Origin: Ylistrum balloti
Lineage: Eukaryota
Direction: 5' to 3'
DNA length: 64,000 nucleotides
Assembly (NCBI RefSeq): GCF_031769215.1
Contig: NW_026782621.1
Span: 868,001 to 932,000 of the forward strand
Within the stretch, counting starts at the first letter, position 1; each line of letters opens with the position of its first letter. Positions 54,628 through 64,000 of this stretch are shown piece after piece. The notes below the pieces were generated by a model, which was not told the DNA's origin, did no database searches, and saw only the letters and a program-made list of their open reading frames with translations. A program made the translations under genes and the position numbers.

Positions 54628-57600
54628 CTTGAATTTGTCTTGATTCCTGATCCCTAACACGAAGAGATAACGATGGTTTATCAATGCCTTTGACTGACAC
54701 TATGCAAATACAAGGCAGAATTCCAGTGACAGGTATTCCAAACATAACGAATAGCTAAACATATGCCGATACAAAACTAGAACCTGTCTAGTAGACAGAT
54801 TCTTAATGTTGAAATGTTTTGGAGTTATGTACGAAATCATCTTGATGCGCATTTTGGCTCCATTTTTATTTCTGACATTGTTTTGTTTTCTTATTTCGTC
54901 AATATTCGAACGTAATTTACAAGATTTCATATTGCCTGACCCAGACTGTACCAAGGCACTAGACAAGCTTCTCGTGTTGTCAGCATATTGCTATCTTTCT
55001 AGGTCAAGTCCGTGTCTAGTCCAGGTCGTCATATTTCGGATATGGACACATCGACATCAACATGAATGATTAAGTTGAAAAAGACACTTATCATGACTGC
55101 TCTCCATCGGCAGAAACGATGCCACGTCAGAATAGTACAATATTAATCCACCTCCACATTATTCCTCCAATAGTTTTATAAAGTACTGCTAGTGCGAAAA
55201 TAATCACTCTCTGTCAATAAAGGTGAAATATTTTGTTCACACAATTATATCACATTTTATATTTGGTTGTGATGTGCAAGACGTGTTACAGAATCTTTCG
55301 TAATGCCTTTTTGTCAAGTTGTAAAACCGTCGGTTTCAAGAGTCAAAATAAACGGTCAGTTTACAGGTTACATTTTTTAATATTCGATTAAAGTGTAATT
55401 TTACACTTAGATTTAAGTGCTTTGATAAATATATTTATATTGAATATTTGACTATTTCACCATACACAATATCACGCTAACCCGCCCCGTAGAATATATT
55501 CTTAACGGAATTGCCCCATAAAAGTATGGTTAACATAAACGTAAATTCCAGTCCCTAAATGGTGTATTTAAATCATCATGGGCAACCATAATGTATGAGG
55601 CAGTTTAATCCATAATTTGGCTCTACAGTGTCCACTTCTATATTGAAATGTGGCATGCATGTGTGTCTTTTGTACGATTCCAACGACAGCAAATTTGTGC
55701 GTAGTAAATTCATATGCTTTGTTTTTGTAAATATTGTATTAAAAAGTATATTTAGAAGCGTTTAAATATATTGATAAATGAAAGTCTTACACCTCGTAAC
55801 ATGAATTGTGTTTAATGGTGTTTTGTTTAATGAATGATATGAGGGTGAAGATTGTTAATTTAAACTTCTATTTTGCCTTTGTCATGCTTAAGATTTCACG
55901 TTTTAACGTGACATTAATTGATTCTGATTAAGATTTTCATCGCAAATTTATTTCTTTTTCTATGGATCAGTAAATGATCTAACCCTCTGTAGATGCATAT
56001 GTCCAGCACACATTATCATGGTGATTCTCGTGCTATAAATCCTAACGCGATTTAGTAGTGCACATCATTCAGATTGAATATCGAATCATTAAGGAACTAT
56101 TGTACCCTCATTTAGTGACATTTTTCCCTGCAAGTTGAAATTAAAAGATAAAAATTGTGTAAATTTCGCACTTATTTTTTTCACTCTCCTTTTGGAGATG
56201 CCGCACTCTATTTCTTCAGCTCTACTTTTTGTTGACGTTCATTAGCGTTCATTCAAGGTTTTGTCAGATTGTGTGTTTCCACGTTACAATGATCTTATGT
56301 GACAGAATTATCCTGTAAATTTACCTGGAGTGTCCAAAATTATCTCCCATCGGCCATCAACGGTGTTCGAGCACATAAGAGTAAGTTGTGATAGTTGTGG
56401 CTGTTGCTGTTAAAACCAGGCCACAAATGTAGCTTTTTAAGATGAGATGCAACCGTAAATCCACTATATATTTTTTTCTTATAATGATTTCCCGCTACAT
56501 AAAACAAATGAAACTGTTATTGAAAAATGAATTTGAGCGAGGATTTGGTAGGTTCAAAACATCATGATGCTGACAATATATCAAACAACATTTTTAATTA
56601 TGTCATGAGCAAATTTCGAAGTAAACATTTTGAAATTCGCCAGTGCATATTCGTCATGGACATTTATGGAGAAAATAGAGAAAATGTAAAACTGGCGAAA
56701 AAGCTATAAAATGGTGTCGACCGTACATGAAATATCCTGAAGTTTTTTAAACATGGTTCAACAAAGATTCATAGCGTAAATACTGAACTTCAAGACATTA
56801 GCAACCGACGGTTTCATATTTTCGAGGTTTTGGTCCCGAATTAATATTATTCAGTCATATGAGTTCCGAATAATCAATATGTAGAGATAGAGAGGCGTTC
56901 ACAACGACATAGAAACAACAACTAATTACATAAAATTAAACACAACAATGTTCTGGTCTTGGATAGGATTTTTTTCCAATAAGGGTCTTTTTAAATGACA
57001 GAGGCATGCAGGCAAATATATTGTGTGTAGACAAAGTATTGCCACGTCTTTCGAAATTTTCAAATAAAACGAATGATCCATTTTCGACATATGCACCAAT
57101 TTGTCCCCTGAGATTTTTGTCGCGGTACAGGTAACAGAGATCAGAAGACCTATCAACCGTCGCAACAAAACACCACGGCATACATTCTGAACTGGAGTTC
57201 CACTACGAACAATAAGCTAGTTGTTGGAGTCAACAGTAAGAGGGAATAGACAGTGATTGCCACCGTACGAAAAACAATTGTGACGACACTCGCGTTAAAA
57301 CAATTTTTTGCATAATCACAATAATAATGAAATGTCTTATATCAAATGTAATTTTAACCTATAGATATGCATTTTCTTTTAGTATAAAATTATAGATAAA
57401 ACACTCGTATTTTCATGTGCTTGTATCAAAAAGATGTAACTTTTACGGACGTTATAAAACATAATATGATTCTTCCTCATGATTTCATTCCCTCGTCAAA
57501 AATGGCGGAAACAAATCAAATTAAAACATGTCAGCTGAATCTTTACTCTGAATCTTTAATAAAAGTCGAAAGATATAACATGAACAACAGAAAGATTAAT

Positions 57601-58568
57601 TTAGAAAAAGTGCAAGGATAATATCACCAGTTGTTCTGGAAGTGTAAGCGTCCAAGACACCGTTATGTAAATGTTGGTAAACCGATGTCAGTAACGTTGT
57701 GTTCCCATATAAGAACAGGTTCAACAAACAATTGAACCACCATGCATACAAATGAACATTAAACACGTCCTTCTTATACCTCACAATGCAATAACATATT
57801 CCCAAAGTACTCTTGATAACCTTCATCAGCGTGCATCTCTTTAAACTCTGTGTTGTGAATTTATTTGTTAGATACATCATGATCTTGATATTGGGACCAA
57901 AACCTTGAGTATCGAATCAAATTCTACATGTATAGCAATGGTAATGGAGTCGAGAAAAGAAAACTTATACTGCCAAATGAAAAATTTACAGTTAACAGAA
58001 AGTCGCTCCACGACATTTCTATCATACCAATTGTAATAACGTTTTGTAAAGTGAATACGCAGTAAGTCTGCGATCCTAAGTCCATCCGTCATTCTTGCGG
58101 TTGACCGAGTGACCATATGGATTTCTGTTAACTTCCACAAACAATTGATTGCAGGCCGTCAGGAAACACAATGAGTTAGAATGTCCGGAATAATCTGTAT
58201 ATGTACAACTAACTCAGAAATAAGTTTTTCGTTTTATTTGAAAAATGTCTGTTACAAAATTAATCTTGTATTCAAAACCAGATTAAGGTCCTCAACTGAA
58301 ATACGAAAATAAAAAGTCATAACGACATCTTTAAACGTATCTCACTTTACCTAACAAATTACATCTTTGAAAGGTTAGGATTTACAGGTCTTATATATTG
58401 AATTCTAGTTATTAACTATATATCATTATCAACATTGCTTGCATTCCTAGTAATAGTCGATTTCAAATGTAAGTGATTAACTTAATGAACGTTAAGGCAA
58501 CGAGTAAAGAAAAACTATGTTTATCTATACTAAAATCTTTGTATCATGAGAAACAAGACGTTACCTTT

Positions 58569-61500
58569 TCATCCAAGAGTAGTTGTTGGTGGATCGGTTA
58601 CGTATATTTCACCTGTAACAAATGGTATTGATATCTAACTCCAAACACAAATGATTGCAAAAAAGAAAAAAATACTTGCGATCCGTGACAATGATATCTT
58701 ATCATTTTGGCCAACATTAGGGAGAGACACAATTAACAATTACTATTTTTATTTAATACTAGAATCATCATCATCATGATATAATAAAGGCACGATTGTA
58801 AAAATCTCTATTTGAAAATTGTATTAATAGTGGCTATTCAATGTCGTATGTTTGTACAATTCTTATATATTAACGTGATGTTGATACCAAATTAAATAAT
58901 AATGATTCTTTTATAGGCCTTACCATCAGTAGTTGGTGGTTCCGTGGGCATTGGAGTGGTTGTAGTTGTGGGCATTGGAGTGGTTGTAGTTGTGGGCATT
59001 GGAGTGGTTGTAGTTGTGGGCACTGTAGTGGTTATGGGCATCGGTGTGGTAGCTGAACGTAACATGTAAGACGAGCATAGTGATATATCTTGAGAATAAA
59101 TTACAACATAATGTACAGAGTTAACAGAATCATTTTGTTCCAATAAAATGGTAATGAAATCATAATTGTTACTTAATTAACAAATAAATGAAGTAAATGA
59201 TGATTCAGTAACGATACATGTAAAAATTATAATATCTTTACTACAAATTCTAGCAGATACGATGCCTTATGTACTTTGAAGTTTGATATACATTTGGCGC
59301 CTCGTACCAACAAATGTAACTGATATACATGGCCACTGTTTGTCCTATTAAGAATGTCCACTACAGTCTGCATCATGAAACTGTATCATTAGCTGGACTT
59401 CCATAGTATCTAGACGTTTTCTATCATGCGTCAGTATATAACTTGACAATCACGTCTAGATCGTGTTATACATAGAAATGATGCAAATTCCTTTCTGGTT
59501 TCTATAGACAACACTTACCTTATGAAGTTTTGTCACATGTTGAAAAAATATCTTAATACATATCTTTGCAGTAAAATCAATTTGAAAATTTCAACATTTA
59601 GGTAAAATTATAATTGTATTAACGCCATTTATGGAGTTTGGACTTTAACATCTAAGTGGCCATCAATGCGAAAGTGATAGCATACCTTGTCGACCAATTT
59701 TTCTACGATATATTTCAGTTTGAATATACATAAAAGTAATGTTTTCATCCTTGTATACTTACATGCTTCTTGCACTGAAAATGTAAATAAAAATGATTTA
59801 TTTACATACCTCTGTGATGAAAAAAATATGTATATACCAAACTGCTCTGCTTCCATCAAGCATATACTTACTTGGTTTTGGTGTAGTTGTAGTGGTAGTG
59901 GCTAAAAATGCAGGTAACACATGTTCAAGCATTAAAGAGGCCATGTTTGTTTCATAAAGCAAGCATAAAAGTGAAACAAGAAATCTATTAACATGAAAGC
60001 AAGTGCAACATATACCCTACCCGGCATAGTTGTTGTTGGCAACGTTGTTGTTGTAGTTGTTGTAGTTGGGGTTGTTGTGGTTGTAGTTGGTGTTGTTGTT
60101 GTAGTTGGCGGTGTTGTTGTTGGTACGGGCGTTGTTGTAAGTGTGCCACTCAGAGCTGTGTAGCGTTATCGTTAAAAGCAACAGCAAAAGCCAAATATCA
60201 CATAGACGAACAGACAACAGTAACTGCAGGAACGTTAAAACGACTGCTTAGTATATGGCAACCGAGGCGAACCAGGCGTCTTCAAATCGGCAAAAAGCAT
60301 AGGCTCTATACTTTTAAGGTTAAATCGGAATACAAATGTGATTCGGGATTTAAAAAAAAGAACACAAATGACAGTGCCCCGCAAAAAAAATTAAAAACAG
60401 AATTCAAACAGCTCTTTAATTAAAAAAAAATAATAATGAATGAAATGGATAAATATTTGTCATTTAGAATTGATTGATTTATCAACTTTAATGTTTAAGA
60501 AATGTTTTGCAATGACTATAAAAATCATACCATCACATGTTGCCTGTCGAATTTCATTTCTAATGTTACTTAAGGCATTGAAATCAATCGCGTTGAAGAC
60601 ATGACGACTGTCAGATGCAATAGCATTTAGCTCAGCTTTATCCACGTTAGAACCGATTCCAATACAGATAACTGTTGTATTCCCGATTTGTTTTAGCTTT
60701 GCAGCTTCGGATGCTGTTTCGGATGAGTCGGTTGATGCGCCATCTGTCAGTACAATTACAAAATGGTGCGATCCCGGTCTTGCTCCCCCTGACGCTTGAA
60801 GACTATGTTCCCGAATGATCTTAAGGGCGTCGCCGGTTGCCGTAGTACCTGAGTCGTAGTGCGCTTTCTGGATGGCCGATAGTAGTGAATTTTTGTCATG
60901 GTATTGATTTAAGTCAAATTCATTCACCGCGTGTGTGCCGAAAGTGACAAGCCCAAACTGGACATGTCCAGGGCCAACTGGGAAAGAATTCACGAACTGA
61001 GCCATAAAGTCTAGTGACTTTTGGAAGTTAGTTGAGCCTTCACTCCCAGACCCATCAATGGCGAATACCATATCGGCTCTGTCGTCATACCCACACGCTG
61101 AAACACAGAAAATCAGTCATTGTGTAATTCGTAACATTTAACAAATGGACAATTTCTATTCATATTTTCGTATGGTCAACACAAGTCACTTCAAAAAGTA
61201 AATGAATTCAAATGCTATTATCATAGCTTAGAAAAACGTAGTTACTGGGAAAAATATGTTCATGGATTTACAGATAACAAGAATACTCACTGTTACATGT
61301 AGCAAAAGTGATTTCCGATCCAATCTGTGACAGAGAATTAAAGTTCGCAACCTCGAACATATGGGACGAATCGGAGGCAATTTCAAGAAGCTCATTGCGA
61401 TTAACATTGCTACCAATTCCAATTGAAATGACCTTCATGCCAGGAACATTCTTCAGAAGATTAGCTTGTGTCTTCGTCAATCCAGAACTGTACGACTGAC

Positions 61501-63960
61501 CGTCGGTCATCACAACTACGATGTGGGTAGCATTTGACCGACCACCATGGCTTGGCAAGAAACCAGTCTGTCGGGCGTACTTCAGAGCGTCGTCGGTGTA
61601 CGTCAGACCTCCGTCGTAGGAGACATGGGATATGCCATTCAGTAGAGCCTGTTGGTCATCGAAAGCATTCAGTTTAATCTGCTCGTCTACGTGAGTTGAA
61701 AACGTGGCAACGCCGATCTGCACATTTCTAGGACCAATCTGGAATTGACTCGCAAAGTTCTTCACAAAATCCAGCTGCTTGTTGAAGTTTGTCCTCGTTT
61801 CACTTCCAGATGAATCAAGTAGGAAAATGATGTCTGCTGCTTTTTGTCCGCATTCTGAAATAATAAACAAACGATAGTCATTCTACATTTAAGTGACGTT
61901 TACTTTCTTAACCACTTAGAATGGTTGCTTTTTTGTATCCTTTGGTTAAATAAAAACTAAACAACCAAAATATTAATGTAATGTATAGATTACTGAAGTA
62001 TTTGTTTGACAGTAATAATGGCATGTTTTACATAATAATCCTGGTGCGTTCAAAGTAAATACAAATGTATTGTTATGATAAACCATTTGTTCAATTTCTA
62101 TTCCGTAATCAGATTTGCCGATATGCCAGCATATCGTTAGCACCACAAGGATTAGAATACTTTCAGCATTTCATATCAAAGTCTTAGCTGAAAATTAAAA
62201 AAAAATTAAACAAGCACATTTGGAAATATGAACACAAAACTGAACGGACAAAAACGAGAAACGAAAATACCAAAAGGGCAATGATAAAATTGGAAAGTTA
62301 TCGGGGACAGGTAACAACAAAGGAAAGTGACAGGAAACAAGGACCAGGTAGAAAATGACGATTGGAAAGCAAATATATATAAAAATCAAAGGCGGGAGAT
62401 GGAGTAAATAGCCTTACTTTCATCAACAGCCGGCGCTTTTGTAGGAGCTGTAGGGTTTGAAAGAAACGTATGGAGGTAAAAATTAGGATACATTGTATCA
62501 GCTAAACTGTTCTATAATACCATGAAATATTTACAATAACGGACAGCACTGCCTGTTCTAACACGAATACGATAACCTGTTCGATGAATTCCATTTCAAA
62601 CGTTTTCTGATGATATTTTGGCGCAGAATAAAATTCTCTGTCATTTTAAAGCACATTCAGAAAAGGTGTAGTAATAAAAAAGAAGAGACGAAATATCGGA
62701 TCTATGATTGACATAAATATCTGGTTATCTGCACAGAGATACAATCTTTTCATAATTAAAAATTCCATCATTTGGGAACGAAATATGCGGATATAACATA
62801 GATTATTATAAGATACAACAGAATCATTTCACAAACACGACAGTTTGAAACTACAAACTAAATGGTTTTATACCTACCACTCTACAATGGTACTACTCAG
62901 AGAAACATATAAAGTTCTAACAAAAAAATGTTCAGAATCTCTTAATTGCCAAGTATAAAATTATACGTTTTACTCTCACATGTTTCTTATTAAATGGTTT
63001 TATCTGCGGGTAATACAATGGCTATATATTCGTGCAAGTACACATAAAATGGAATTCCAAAAGACAGTAGCATAAGGTATTGCACAAAGATTACAGCTCG
63101 TCTCACAGGAAATTAACATTGACAATAATGGTATATACTATATGTATTTAACGGTAATTAAGAAGTCTCTGTAGGTACAACAATTAACACTTAACATTTA
63201 TGTAACTGCTACATTAACGTATTTAAGACCTCGATTTTGGAAGTAATTTTCAAACCTATTGGAAACTAACAAATCTAAAATAAAATTCTACTGACACATT
63301 GTAGACGTTGGTTCCAAAAATATAGTAATTTTAACGTACCAGTTTGATAACCGTAAAACCAAAATACTGTATTGTAATAAGAATTGTTATGCTTACATCC
63401 ACATGCCACATTCTTGAGTTCAATTTCGATGCTCTTGAGAACGTCGAAGCTGCTGACACTAAACGCATGGCTGCTGTCTGATGCGATTGTATTGAGTTCT
63501 CTGCTGTCTATCCCTGACCCTATTCCGATACTGATTACCTTCACGCCTAGGTCCTTTAGATACTGTGCTTGTCTACTGGTAGCTGACTCGCTGGACGATT
63601 GTCCGTCAGTCATAACGATAGCAATCTTCTGGGCATTTCTGCGTGCACCATGGTATGTGGAAGAAAAATGGAACAGACGAGAGTATTGCAGCCCCTGGTC
63701 GGTGTGTGTTGTTCCGCCCGAGTAGTGCACATTGTTAAGTTTGTTCAAAATCGCAGCCTGGTCGTGATACGTATTGAAGTAAAACTCATTATGAGCAGTC
63801 GTAGAGAATGTAACAAGACCAACCTGGACATTTTGAGGACCAATCTGGAATTGCTTCACAAAATCTCCCATAAATTGAAGTTGTTTGTTAAAATTGATTC
63901 GTCCTTCACTACCAGAAGCATCCAATATAAACACGATGTCGGCTGGCTCGCTTCCACATT
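58569..63960 (-). CDS. Multi-VWA protein with Thr/Pro-rich mucin-like tail, 5' end outside window - 'VWA gene A'
   Basis: VWA exons 63960-63397, 61854-61291, 61097-60531. Linker/PT exons 62447-62418, 60155-60021, 59901-59872, 59052-58924, and 58612-58565 containing the TGA at 58571-58569. MIDAS motifs DxSxS and TDG are present. All exons are phase 1-1. Confidence 0.85.
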
Positions 63961-64000
63961 CTAAAATAATGTAATTAAGATGTAGTAAGTATTAGTATGC

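Noticed and set aside
56936-57200. - strand segment ECMPWCFVATVDRSSDLCYLY resembling a PAN/apple domain
   Set aside because: The cysteine spacing is incomplete and it overlaps a better + strand exon candidate.
60017-60217. Asn-rich 66-aa ORF
   Set aside because: It is the wrong frame of the Thr/Pro linker exon of VWA gene A.
48386-63934. Calling the VWA exons a collagen VI (COL6A) gene
   Set aside because: No Gly-X-Y triple helix is visible, and a stop codon plus a new signal-peptide exon separate the array into two genes.

Overview
AT-rich, intron-containing animal genomic DNA. It is most likely from a bivalve mollusc, judged from the repeat types and gene content; this is inference, not a database result. 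There is no sign of prokaryotic systems such as CRISPR or operons. I assembled seven multi-exon or partial genes by hand using GT/GC-AG sites and exon phase. (1) A + strand type II membrane protein with a tyrosine-motif cytoplasmic tail, coiled coil, minimal collagen-like motif and an unrecognised Cys-rich C-terminal domain (3.3-8.5 kb). (2) TRMT61A (16.4-18.1 kb). (3) A - strand protein with an N-terminal hydrophobic helix, LRRs, a BC-box-like motif and a C4 motif (24.8-31.7 kb). (4) A brainiac-like GT31 glycosyltransferase (37.2-38.3 kb). (5) A secreted countin/saposin-like protein (42.3-46.6 kb). (6, 7) Two tandem - strand secreted VWA-repeat genes built from symmetric phase-1 exons (46.8-54.6 kb and 58.6-64 kb; the second runs off the window). 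Between the genes are several minisatellites, decayed Penelope-like, LINE and SINE fragments, a degenerate minimal hammerhead ribozyme and a 317-nt N gap. Nothing here is demonstrably a new biological system. The best leads are the putative membrane-tethered cullin adaptor, the orphan tyrosine-motif receptor, the shuffled VWA array with a possible read-through exon, and an intronic satellite made of back-to-back 3'/5' splice sites. All exon models are manual and need RNA-seq confirmation.
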